DNA of 64,000 bases from Mobula hypostoma (Eukaryota), in assembly GCF_963921235.1 (NCBI RefSeq), contig NC_086109.1, positions 19,780,001-19,844,000 on the forward strand, written 5' to 3'. Under the pieces are notes generated by a model. It saw only the letters and a list, made by a program, of their open reading frames with translations, was not told where the DNA came from and did no database searches. Every line of letters begins with the position of its first letter. Positions within the stretch are counted from its first letter, which is position 1. The translations under genes and the position numbers were made by a program. Below are positions 50,207 through 62,570 of this stretch, one piece after another.

Positions 50207-50712
50207 GACACCCACAAAATGCTGGAGGAACTCAGCAGGTCAGGCAACATCGATAGAAATGAATTGACAGTCATCGTTCTGAGCTGAGACCTTTCTTCAG
50301 GACTGGAAAGGAAGGGGGAAGATGCCAGAATAAAAATGTGGGGAGGAGGGGAAGGAGGACAAGCTGGAAGGTGATAGGTGAAGCCAAGTGGGTGGGAAAG
50401 GTAAAGGGTTGGAGAAGAAGGAATCTGATAGGAGAGCAGAGTGGACCACAGGAGAAAGGGAAGGAGGAGAGGAGGAGGGGAGCCAGGGGAAGATGATAGG
50501 CAGGTGAGAAGAGGTAAGAGGCCAGAGAGGGGAATAGAAGAGGGGAGATGGAGTGAAAGGAAGGAGAAATCAATATTCATGCCATCAGGTTGAAGGCTGC
50601 CTATACAGAACATAAGGTGTTACTCCTCCACCTTGAGGGTGGCCTCATCTTGGCAAAAGCGGAGGCCATGGATCGACGTGTTGGAGCAGGAATGAGAGTT
50701 AGAATTAAAATG
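50207..50712 (-). mobile_element. Penelope-like 3' fragment
   Basis: LFCIGSLQPDGMNIDFS remnant plus the shared tail. Confidence 0.8.
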
Positions 50713-51209
50713 TCTGATGAACCATTCTTGAACTGTCTACTATAAGTCTATTCTTTCTCAGGCAGGGAAGCTCAACGTATACATAACATTCTGCATTTGG
50801 TCTTATAACGACCTTAGATATTTACTGGAAAACATCTCTACCCTTGCATGCAAATGCTTGGAAATAAAAGCCCAGTTATTATTATTATTATTATTCCTAA
50901 TTACAAGTTGTACTTGTGCATTAATCTTCCATCTATTGTGTTCAGTTCCGGTCGCCTCGTCATAGGAAAGAAGTGGAAGCTTTGGAGAGCATGCAGAAGA
51001 CATCTAGCAGGATATTTCCTGGATTACAGAATATGTTTTATGTGGAAAGGTTGAACAAGCTAGGGCTTTTCCCTTTGGAGTGACGGAGAATGAGAGGTGA
51101 CTTGACAGAGGTAGAGGCATAGATCGAGCAGATAGACGGCATCTTTTTACCAGGGTGATCATGGTTAATACCAGAAGATATCGTTTTATGGTGACTGGGG
51201 AAAGTTTAG

Positions 51210-52479
51210 CAGCAAGGACCTGGACCCACTGCAATTTGCCTATTGCCACATAGATCAACGGCAGATGCAATCTCAATGGCATCTTCACACAGCTTTAGAC
51301 CACCTGGACAATGCAAACACCTATGTCAGGATGCTGTTCATCGACCATAGCTCAGAATTTAACACCATCTTTCCCACAACCCTGATTGAGAAGTTACAGA
51401 ACCTGGACCTCCCTCTGCAATTGGATCCTAACCAGAAGACCACAATCATCTATGTGGATTGGTGACATCTCCTCCTCCTTGCTGACAACCAACACTGTTG
51501 CACCTCAGGGGTGTGTGCTTATCCCACTGCTCTACTCTCTCTATACCCATGATTGTGTGGCTAGTCATAGCTCAAATATTATCTATAAATTTGCTGATAA
51601 TACAACCATTGTTGGTAGAATCTCAGGTGGTGATGAGAGGGCGTACAGGAGCGAGATATGCCAACTAGTGGAACGGTATCGCAGCAACAACCTGGTACTC
51701 AACGTCAGTAAGATGAAAGAGCTGATTGTGGACCTCAGGAAGGGTAAGACGAGGGAACACATACCAATCCTCATAGAGGGATCAGAAGTGGAAAGAGTGA
51801 GTAGTTTCAAGTTCCTGGGTGTCAAGATCTCTGAGGACCTAACCTGGTCCCAATATATCGATGCAGTTCTAAAGAAGGTAAGACAGCAACTATACTTCAT
51901 TAGGAGTTTAAAGAGATTTGGAAAACTTCTATAGATGTACCATGGAGAGCATTCTGACAGGCTACATCACTGTCTGGTATGGGGGTGCGGGGTGCAGCTA
52001 CTGTTCAAGATCGAAAGAAGCTGCAGAAGGTTGTAAATTTAGTCGGCTCCATCTTGGGTACTAGCCTGCAAAGTACCAAGGACATCTTCAAGGAGCGATG
52101 TCTCAGAAAGGTAGTGTCCATTATTAAGGACCTCCAGCACCCAGGGCATACCCTTTTCTCACTGTTACCATCAGGTAGGAGATTCAGAAGCCTAAAGGCA
52201 CACACTCAGTGTTTCAAGAACAGCCTCTTCCCCTCTGCCATCCGATTCGTAAATGGACATGAATCCATGAACACTAACTCTCTTTTTTAATGTGTATTAT
52301 TTCTGTTTTTGCATAATTTTTAATCTATTCAATATATAAATATACTGTAATTGATTTCTTATTTACTTATTATTTTTATATTTTTCTTCTATATTATGTA
52401 CTGCATTGAACTGCTGCTGCTAAGTTAACAAATCTCAGGTCACATGTCAGTGATAATAAACCTGCTTCTGATTCTGATT
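51210..52479 (+). mobile_element. Rex1/Babar LINE, 5'-truncated RT, inserted in a CR1 fragment
   Basis: LHTALDHLDNANTYVRMLFIDHSSEFNTI, PQGCVLIPLLYSLYT, KFADNTT, FKFLGV, NSLFPSAIR; tail aataaacctgcttctgattctga. Confidence 0.9.
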
Positions 52480-53118
52480 GTGACATGACTGAGGTCATTT
52501 TTTTTTTAAACAGAGAACGGTAGGTAACTAGAAAGCACTGTCGGGGTTAGTAGTTGAGGCTAACACATTAGAGATTCTTAGGTAAGCTTGCGGATATATG
52601 AAAAAGGGAGGGTTATGAGCTGTGTAGGAGGGAGGGCTTAGATTGATCATGGGGTAAGTTTATGTAGAGTGACACCACCTTGTGGGCCAAAAGGCCTGTA
52701 CTGTAACTGTTCTGCATTCTATGACCTGTGTACAATGATACTCAGTTTCCTCTGAACATCAGCACTTTTCAGCCCCTCGCCATTTTAAAAATATTTTACT
52801 TTTCTCTCAAAATGGATGGCCTCAGGTTATATTCAATCTGCCTCGACCTTGTTCAAGCATTTATCATGTCTACAGTCCCCTTTCTGCATCCTCCTCACTA
52901 CTCAAGACACGGTCGAACTGTGCATCATTAGCAGACTTGGATAGGTCTCAAATCTAACAGCAAAGAAATGCAGAAATTTCTCCTGCCACCTTCACCCAAG
53001 TGCCTGATATAGACTTTGAACAGCTGAGGCCCCACCATCAATCCCCAGCTGAATCTGACCTGCTTATTCCTGCTCTCTGTTATCTGCCTGTTAACCAATT
53101 ATTGAGCCACACCAGCAT

Positions 53119-53662
53119 ACACTCAGTGGCCACTTTAATAGGTACGCCTGTACGACAGCTCGCCAATGTAAATATCTAAACAGCCGATCACGTGGCAGCA
53201 ACTGAATGCATAAAAGCATGCAGACATGGTCAAAAGGTTCAGTTGCTGCTCAGACCAAACATCAGAATGGAGAATAAACGTGATCTAAGTGATGTTGACT
53301 GTGGAATGATTGTTGGTGCCAGATAGGGTGGTTTGAGTATCTCAGAAACTGCTGATCAGCTGGGATTTTCATGCACAGCACTCTCCAGAGTTTACAGAGA
53401 ATGGTGCAAAAAAACAAAAAAAAATCCAGTGAGCAGCAGATCTGTGGGTGAAAACACCTTGTTAATGAGAGAGGTCAGGGGAGAATGGCCAGATGGGTTC
53501 AAGCTGACAGGAAGGCGACAGTAACTCAAATAACCGCGTGTGACAACAGTGGTGTGCAGAAGAGCATCTCTGAATGCACAGCACATTGAACCTTGAAGTA
53601 AATGGGCTACAGCAGCAAAGATTATGAATATACATTTAGAGGCCACTTTATTAGTTACAGGA
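53119..53662 (+). mobile_element. Tc1/mariner non-autonomous element (third copy)
   Basis: TIR cactcagtggccactttaataggtac; SISETADQLGFSCTALSRVYREW. Confidence 0.85.
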
Positions 53663-53682
53663 GATTTGTAGAAACCAATGTA

Positions 53683-55115
53683 ACACACACAAAAAGCTGG
53701 AGGAACTCAGCAGGCCAGGAAGCATCCACGGAAAAGAGTACAGTCGATGTTTCGGGCCGAGACCCTTCATCAGGACTGGAGGGAAAAAGATGAGGAGTCA
53801 GGGTTAGAAGGTGAGGGGGAGGGGAGGAAGAAACACAAGGTGAAAGGTGAAATCAGGAAGTGGGGGAGGGGTGAAGTAAAGAGCTGGGAAGTTGATTCGT
53901 GAAAGAGATACAGGGCTGGAGAAGGGGGAGTGTGATAGGAGAGGACAGAAGGCCATGGAAGAAAGAAAAAGAAGGAGGAATACCAGAGGGAGGCAATGGG
54001 CAAGCAAGGAGATAAGATGAGAGAGGGAAAAAGGGATGGGGAATGGAGAAAGGGGGGGCGGGCAGACATTACCAGAAGTTCAAGAAATCAATGTTCGTGC
54101 CATCAGGTTGGAGGTTACGCAGACAGAATATAAGGTGTTGTTCCTCCAACTAGTGTGTGGCCTCATCACAGTAGTAGAGGAGGTCATGGGTGGACATATC
54201 TGAATGGGAACGGGAAGTGGAATTAAAACAGGTGGCCACGTGAAGATCCCACATTTTCTGGCGTACGGAGTGTAGGTGCTCGATGAAGCAGTCTCCAAAT
54301 CTATGTCGAGTCTCGCGGATATGCAGGAAGCCACACCCAGGAGAACCAGACACAGTGTATAACCCGAACAAACTCACAGGTGAAGTATCACCTCACCTGG
54401 AAGGACTGTCTGGGGCCCTGAATGGCACTGAGGGAGGAGGTGTAGGGGCAGGTGTAACACTTGTTCCGCTTGCAAGAGTAAGTGCCAGGAGGGAGATCAG
54501 TGGGGACGGACAAGTGGACCAGGGAGTCGCATAGGGAGTGATCCCTACGCAAAGCAGAAAGTGGGGGGGGGGGTGGAGGGAAAGATGTGCTTGGTGGTGG
54601 GATCCCGTTGGAGATAGTGGAAGTTACGGAGAATTATGTGCTGAACAAGGAGGCTGGTAGGGTGGTAGGTGAGGACAAGGGGAACCCTATCCCTAGTGGG
54701 GTGGGTAGGGTGGTAGGTGAGGACAAGGGGAACCCTATCCCTGGTGGAGTGGGTAGGGTGGCAGGTGACGACAAGGGGAACCCTATCCCTAGTGGGGTGG
54801 TGGGAGGATAGGGTGAAGAAAGATGTGTGTGAAATGGAAGAGATGCAGTTGAGGGCAGCGTTGTTGGTGGAGGAAGGGAATCCCCTTTCTTTGTGGAAAG
54901 AGGACATCTCCTTTGTTCTGGAGTGAAAAGCCTCATCCTAAGAGCAGATGAGGCAGAGATGGAGGAATTGAGAGAAGGGGATGGCACTTTTACAAGTAAC
55001 AGGGTGGGAAGAGGTTTAGTCCAGGTAGCTGCGAGAGTTAGTGGGTTTGTAATAGACATCAGTGAATAAACTTCTCCCAGAGATAGAGACAGATTGAGAA
55101 AAGGGAGGGAGGTGT
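53683..55115 (-). mobile_element. Penelope-like element: RT C-terminus, GIY-YIG endonuclease and hammerhead-bearing 3' end
   Basis: LPFLNLS, ERGFP, RDRVPLVLTYHP, LHIRETRHRFGDCFIEHL...VATCFNS; hammerhead-like motif at 53741-53778. Confidence 0.88.
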
Positions 55116-55325
55116 CACCCACCACGTTGTGTTTCTTCCCCACCCCTGACCAACCCCCACCTTCTACCTCCTGACTCCTCATCATTTCTTCTCCAGTCCT
55201 GCTGAAGGGTCTCGGTCCAAAACGCCGACTGTGCTCTTTTCCATTGCTGCTGCCCGGCCTGCTGAGTTCCTCCAGCATTTTGTGTGTGTTGCTCAGATTT
55301 CCAGCATCTGCAGATTTTCTCTTGC
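55116..55325 (+). mobile_element. Inverted Penelope pseudo-LTR end attached to the preceding element
   Basis: Reverse complement of 53683-53850, including a mutated hammerhead at 55194-55231. Confidence 0.8.
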
Positions 55326-56639
55326 TTGTCGTAGAAATTAATGTCTATGCCGTCGGCTTGGAGGCTGCCCAGACAGAATATGGCATGTTGCTCCTCCAGC
55401 CTGAGAGGAGGCCATGGACCAACACGTAAGGACGGGAATGGGAAGTTGAATTGAAATGGGTAGTCACTGGGAGATTCTTCCTTTTGTGGAGAACAGAGCA
55501 AAGGTGCTCCCCTTCATCTACTTTACCCTGGGACGCAGTTCATCAAATCTTGGCGATTTATTAGTTTTCAGTCCCATTAATATCTTCAAAATTTCATTCA
55601 CATCTACATTCACTCCAGAATTTGTTGTTCTTCGCTACTTCTAGGATGTTTTCATGTCTTAATGTCCCAAATCCAACTTTCCTTTTCCTTATCAATGTTT
55701 TCTCCTCCTTTGCCAATTCCAAAATGTCCTAATCGTCAGGACTTTTAATAATATTCCCGTGATGTGATCCTCTCCCTATTGTCTTTCATAAAACCCTGGG
55801 CTCATCTACTTAAGTGGAATTGCTCATTCAGATCATCCCCATTGACCAGTTTCATGGTCTTAAAGAATTTCTATCAGATCTCCTCAAGAGATTAGAACTC
55901 CACAGCTCAGACTAGAATCGAAGTTCCATTGCTTTTCATGTATTCAGATCAAAATCTTATTAAATATACTGAAGAATCTGGTACAAGGACACCAATGAAG
56001 CAATTAAATATATTTTGCAAGGTATGTCAAAACAATGTCCTAGATTTTTGTTGATTAATAAACCATGTTTTGCACAGATGGAGGATTAGAAACCCTTGGT
56101 AAAATGTTTTATTTTCAATGCATTGATGGATGGATAATAAAACAGTGCCAGATTACCACAGATAAATACAAAAAAGGAATGATTTTTAACGTGTTATCAC
56201 TTTGTAGGACCCCCACCTTCACGGAAAAGCTTAAACTTATGATTGTACAAGGACTTGCATTTACCCTAACCCCTACACATCCTCCGAATATCCTACTGGA
56301 ATTTCAGCCAATAAAGAACTTCGCATCTCTTTTTGTAGAATTAGTTTTATTTGTCACATATACATTTACAGTGACGTACTAACGTCCAAAACATACCAAC
56401 CCTAATCTATACATCTTTGGGGAGTGGGAGCAAACAATCACCCAGAGGAAACCCACATGACCGTGGGGAGAAGATGCAAGCTTCTTACAGGCAGTGATGG
56501 GAATTGAACCTGATTGCTGGCACTATAAAGCACTAACCACTATGCTAATGTAGGAACTGTTGCAGCCAATTCACCCACAGAAAACTCCAAGGATAACATT
56601 ACAATATTGGGAAGATAATCACTCTTACACAAATGTTAG

Positions 56640-56800
56640 CCAGGATAAACTTCCCTGCTCTTCCTTCAAACAGGAATTTTTATATGAGAGACAAGAACCT
56701 TTGTTTAATATCTCATCCAAAGGACAGCTCCTACCATAAAGTTGCAATCCCACAGTCAACGTTTGTACTCTGGTCTCAGGAGCCTTCAACCTGCAATCCT
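56640..56800 (-). mobile_element. Ancient Deu-domain SINE (AmnSINE/SacSINE-like) remnant; related pieces at 27950-28125 and 58330-58470
   Basis: ccctgctcttcc, gtttaatatctcatccaaaggacagc and tcccacaaacag resemble the recalled Deu-domain consensus. Confidence 0.5.
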
Positions 56801-59652
56801 CAAGCTCAAAAGGTACAAAAAAGCATGGGTCAGGCACAAAAAAGAAGCAGATGCTCTGTACTTGCCATGAAACAAGAACAGGCTGCTTGCATAGCAATGA
56901 ATTTTATCACTTAGTTGCCAGCTCAGTAATTGGCAGATAAATGTCTTTCAGCAGAGCCATGAAGCTAAAGCAATGGCAACCCCAAACAATTTCCCAGTGG
57001 GATCTTTAGCCAAAAACATTTATTTATTGTGGGACACTCTGCCACCAGGGCATTGGCACAGAAAGTTATAGCTCTGCAGACATCAGTGCTTCATTGGCAC
57101 TCAGGGAAGAAACAGGGAAGAAAGTTCCTACTGAAAAAAGTTCGGCTTCCAAAGAGGATGAAATGTACCACCAACCAAATGCCTAGAACAATCAGAATCA
57201 GGTTTATTATCCCTGGCATGTGTCATGAAATTTGTTAACTTAGCGGCAGCAGTTCAATACAATACATAATATAGAAAGAAGAAGATAGATAAATAGATAG
57301 ATAAATAAATAAATAAATAGATAACTTACAAAATGAATGATATAAAAGATAGAACATCAAACAGTACAGCACAGGAACAGCCCTTCAGCCCATAATGCTG
57401 TGCTGAATTATTTAAGCTCATGTGGCTTAATTACACTGGATCCCTCTTACAATACTTGGCCCATACCCTTTTGCCCTTTGCATAATCATGTCCCTATCTA
57501 AGAGCCTCTTAAACAACTCTGTCGTACCTGTCTCCTCCACCACCCCTGTCACTGCATTCCAGGCACCCACCATTTCCTGTATAAAAAACATGCCCCACAC
57601 ATCTCCTTTGAATTTACCCTCCCTCACCTTAAATGTGTGCCCTCTAGAATTAGAGGGGGAAGAAATATCAGTTGTGTACTTTATCTGTGCTTCTCATAAT
57701 TTAAAAAAAACACTTCAGGCCTTCCCTCAGCATCCGCCACTCAAGAGTACGATAGTGTCACCTATTCTATTCCATTCGATTCTCGCGTAACGTCATTGAC
57801 CCAGTTTCGATTCTGTCACTATCTGTAAGGAGTTTGTACGTTCTCCCCGTGACCGAGCGGGCTGCCTCTGGGCGCTCTAGTTTCCTCGCACATTCCAGAG
57901 TCGTATGGGTCGGTAGGTTAATTGGTCATATTGGATGGCAGAGTTCATTGGCCAGAAAAGCCTACCGCCGTGCTGTATCGCAAAAAAATAAAACAGTCTG
58001 TCCAACTTCATCTTTGGTATCCGGGCGGTATCCTTGCAAACCTCTCCTGCACTCTCTCCAAAACCTCCACGTCCTTCCTATAATGGAGTGACCAGTCTCT
58101 TAAAAACTATAACAATGATCGGAAGGTAGCTGCACTTCATTCCCGCAGAACAGTGAGCCCCCTTGTGGCGAACACATGATATTCCTTTTCAATTTTTCTC
58201 AAAGCGTTCGGTTACCCAGTGAATGTAAAGTGTCCCAAATCAGAGTTTTGACAACTGATAACAGATTGTGAAACATGCACCTCAGTAGTTTAAAAAGCAG
58301 CAATTTTCCAAATGGAGAAAAGAACACTTTGTATTTATATAACAACTTACACATTATGCAGAATGTCCCAATGTACTTCACAGCCAATGAATTAAGTGTG
58401 AGGTGCCATCACTGCTGGTAAGCGCAGAAGCACAATTTTCACAAGGTGTGATCCCACAAACAGAAATCCAATGAAAAGGCAGCTATTTGCTTGCTGATAG
58501 GAAGAGAGGGAAAAAAATTATTGATCAGGAGTTTAATCTACCCTCCCTGGAATAAAATCTATCCCCCCTTTTGTCAACACCATTCGGAACCCCTGTGCGT
58601 TAGACAGCTGCATGGTCAAGTTCTTCTTGCTGAAAGAATTAGGCTGAACACTCAAATATCATGGCGTATAAATGCAAAAAGGAATTGCTGCCCCATCAAA
58701 TTGAAAAGAGCAGCTCCACAGATGCTGCCTGACCTGCTGATTGTTTCTGGCTTCAGTTTTCCAGTACCTGTAGTACTTCCATTTTGGGGTTTATTTTTGG
58801 GGCAGTTTCAGATTTGACGTGAATTAGTAATGTAAAATATTTCATAAATAACTGTTTATGTATCAGTCTAAGCTGCTGTCCTTTGTCTTATTTTCTGCAA
58901 ATGAAATACAACACATTATCTTAAGCTGCTGAAACTTTGAATACTTCCTAACACTTCCAGTCAGTGCAAAGACCACGGCAAGTATACTGGCAAGGTTGCA
59001 CCCAGTATAATGCTGGGACATCGGCAGTTAAACCCGGGCGTGTGCATTATGCAAAGGCAGGAAGCAAGAGAGACAGAAGGTTGCAAAAATTGTAACCATC
59101 CAATATTCAACAGGAAACGTGAATAGTCAAAGGATAGGAGTTCTTTCAGAAAGAATGTCGGGCAACTGTCGCTCTCTTTAATTTCTCTCTTTTCACTGAC
59201 TTTGCTTGGTAATATGATAGAAACACAGGCAAGAAATACCCTTTGGATCCTTCCCTTTGATCAGAAATGCCTTGTGAAGATGGAACTTAACAAACACTCA
59301 GCTCGTCAAATCATGCCTTTGACCAGGAAACAGCGTCTCACTCCTGATGACGCTTTCCCACCCATGCCTCTCCACCTAGAGAAATAAATGGAAATATGAC
59401 ACTGTCATCATCAAACACAATCCCTGGGAAAATGCGATGCCTAAACTACCTCCTGCGGCTGCATTCAGGGACGCTCAAGATGAAATGTAACTGTGAATCC
59501 CGTGTCTTTCAAGGTAGCTACTTTTAATGAACTTGAAGGTGTCGGATCCTAGCGCTTTTGATCCAAGGTTCTTCGGAAGTCGAGAATGACGCATGGACCT
59601 TGTTGCTTGCCATCGTTGCAAGAACAAAGGAGACGAAGAGAGAAGAAGCATG

Positions 59653-59918
59653 GGGGAGAGACGGAGAGAGAGAGAGAGGAGAGAGAGAGATAGAGAGAGA
59701 AAGAGATAGAGAGGGGGGAAGGATAGCGAGAAAGAGAGGGGGGAGGAGAGAGAAAAAGGGAGAGAGAGAGGGGGAGAGAGAGGGGGAAGGGAGATAGAGA
59801 GAGAGGAGGAGGGAGGGAGAGAGAGAAGGAGAAAGAGTGAGAAAGAGAAAGGGAGGGAGAGAGAGAGAAAAGGAGATAGAGGGAGAGAGAGAGGGGGAGA
59901 GAGCGAGGGGGAGAGAGA
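59653..59918. repeat. (GA)-rich polypurine tract
   Basis: Seen directly. Confidence 0.95.
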
Positions 59919-60092
59919 AAACACATTGAACAATTACATTTATGTAGGTGATTGTATAAGAACACAAACAAGCATAAGAAAGTTAAATACAAGGAAAATC
60001 ACAATTATGCAGTACAATCCAACAAAGGCTAAACCTACATCAAAGTTGCTGGTGAACGCAGCAGGCCAAGCAGCATCTGTAGGAAGAGGTGC

Positions 60093-60128
60093 AGTCAACG
60101 TTTCAGGCCGAGACCCTTCGTCAGGACT
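60093..60128 (-). ncRNA. Minimal type I hammerhead ribozyme motif in a PLE end (60035-60128)
   Basis: The - strand reads AGUC CUGACGA AGG-GUCUCGG-CCU GAAAC GUU GACU: stem I AGUC/GACU, core CUGANGA, stem II, GAAA, palindromic ACGU and a GUU cleavage triplet. Confidence 0.65.
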
Positions 60129-60705
60129 TAAAGGCTAAACCTGATTGCCTGTTTCCATTTGCATATAATCCTTGTGTCTAAACGTTGTCCTGAAAGGAGC
60201 TAATCCTTTCCCTGACACAAAGGGGGAGTTGAAAATTTACTTTGGTAGACAAAGGAGGCGCAAGTCAGTGGGTAGGAAGATGGAGACTATGGAGGGTCAA
60301 CGGGATCAGGTACTGGATGGGCGGCACAACAGCAGAGCAAATAGAGCCCCTGCCTTGCAGCAGCCGAGGTGTGGTGTCAGTGCAGACTGGTGTTTGCACG
60401 ATCTCCCTGACGTGCAGGTTACTAATCGGCCACTGAAACTTGCCGCTTATGCATGCTTTAGTGATAGTTCCTAAAGATTAACTCTATATGTACATTAAAA
60501 CATCAAACCGTACAGTGAAATGTATCATTTGCATCAACGACCAACACATGCTTGGGCGGTGGGGGAGGGTGGGGAGGGATTTCAGCTCCCCTCCAGAGAA
60601 TTAAGCACAAGTTCCAGGTGGTGATCCTAGCTGAGTGCGAATGTTGCACTGTATTCTCAAAATAAGGTTCCAGGTCAGGTGTAGATTCATCAACCTGAAA
60701 CGTTC

Positions 60706-61870
60706 ATCCTGTTTTGCCGCACATGAAGCTGCTAAACAAGTTAGGAGCCCACGGTATTACAGGAAAGAAACGAGCATGGACGGAAGATTGGCTGACTGAA
60801 ATGAGGCAAAGGGTGGGAATAAAGGGAGCCTTTTCTGACTGGCTGCCGGTGACAGGGGTTGTTCCACAGGGGTTGGTGTTGGGACTGCTTCTTTTCATGT
60901 CATATGTCAATGATTTGGCTGCAGCAACTGATGGCTTTGTGGCCAAGTTTGCGGATGATACAAAGTCGGGTGGAGGGGCAGGTAGTGTTGAGGAGGCGGA
61001 GTGTCCACAGAAGGGCTTAAACAGATTAGGAGAATGGGCAAAGAAGTAGTAGATGGAATATAGTGCAGGGAATTACATGTTCATGCACTTTGGTAGATGG
61101 AATATAGGCACGGACTAATTTCTGAATGGGGAGAACATTCAAAAATTGGAGGTGCACAGGAGCTTGGGACTCCTTGTTGCAGGATTCCCTAAAGGTTAAC
61201 TTGCAGGTTGAGTCGGTGGTCAGAAAGAGAAATGCGATGTTAGCATTCATTTCGAGAGGACCAGAATGCAAGAGTAAGGATGTAATGCTGAACCTTTATA
61301 AGGCGTTGGTCAGACCGCACTTGGAGTGTTGGAAGCAGGTTTTGCCCCTTACCTAAAAAAAAATGTGCTGGCATTGGAGAGTCCAGAGGAGGTTAATGAG
61401 AATGATCCCAGGAATGAAAGGGTTAATTTTTTCAGAAATTTTTGATGGCTCTGTACACCCTGAAGTTTAAAAGAAAGAGGTGGGGGGGAAGCTCATTGAA
61501 ACGCCCAGACAGAGTGGATATCGAGAGGGTGGTTCCTACTATGGGGGGAATTTAGGACCAGAGGGAACTACCTCAGAATAGAGGGACATCCATTTAGAAA
61601 TGGCATGAAGGGAAATTTCTTTAGCCGAGGAGTGGTGAATTTGAGGAGTTCATTACCACAGGCGGCTATACAGGCCAAGTCATTTGATGTATTTAGGGCA
61701 GAGGTTGATAGGTTCTTGATTGATCAGGACATCAAAGGTTGGAGGAAGAAGGTAGGAGAATGAGATTGAGAGGGATAATAAGGCAGCCATGATGGAATGG
61801 CAGAGCAGACTCAATGGGCTGAATGGCCTAATTCTGCTTCTGCATCTTATAGTCTTATGGTTTAATGGTC
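60706..61870 (+). mobile_element. CR1 LINE RT and 3' end, degraded
   Basis: PHMKLLNKL, GVVPQGLVLG, KFADDTK, LYKALVRPHLEC, and the tail atgggctgaatggcctaattctg. Confidence 0.92.
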
Positions 61871-61957
61871 TTCATGAGTGACTGATGTCCCACAGAGTAT
61901 TTCAGATTTCCTGCATCCTAGTTATTATAGTTCTGTGCTGTGGGAACTGTTCTCTCA

Positions 61958-62570
61958 AAGTCAAAATTGATTTTTATTATCATATGTGTAAGTGCATGTT
62001 TGAGCAAACGTATTTGCAGAAGCATCCCAGGCATTTAAGATCATGTAAGCAGCATTCACAAGAAAAAAATTAAAAATAAATAATTATATACAACTTTTAC
62101 AAGAAAGAACACAAGTAAAACAAAAATAAGTCAAGTTCAGTGCAAAGTTGCTATACTGTGATTAGGTTGTGCTGGTTGGTTTAAGAACCAGGCGTTTGAA
62201 GGGAAGTAGCTGTTCTTGAACCCGGTGGTGTGGAACTTCAAGTTTCTGTATCTCCTGCCCAATGGCAGCTAGGAAAAGACAGTATGGCCCGGATGGTGGG
62301 GATCTTTGATGATGATAGATGTGGCCTGCTTGGAGTCGTGCCTCCTGTAGATACTACCAATGGTTAAGAGGGATGAGCCCGTAATTAGGCTGCATCTGGT
62401 TTTCTCTGCAGCCTCGTGTTTCTGATCATTTGAATTGTCATACCAGAACATCGTGCAACTTTTCAGCAGAACATTGGTAGAAGTTTAGGGATGAGTCAAA
62501 TCTCATTAACCTCCTAAGAAAGTTAAGAGACTGGTATGTCTTCCTTGTGATTGCATCTATGTGCATGTGT
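61958..62570 (-). mobile_element. Rex1/Babar-type LINE 3' fragment
   Basis: SIIIKDPHHPGHTVFS remnant (ORF 62269-62451). Confidence 0.75.

Noticed and set aside
55194..55231. Functional hammerhead ribozymes at 55194, 28462, 29611, 50268, 20520 and 1171
   Set aside because: Core nucleotides are mutated or half of the motif is missing.
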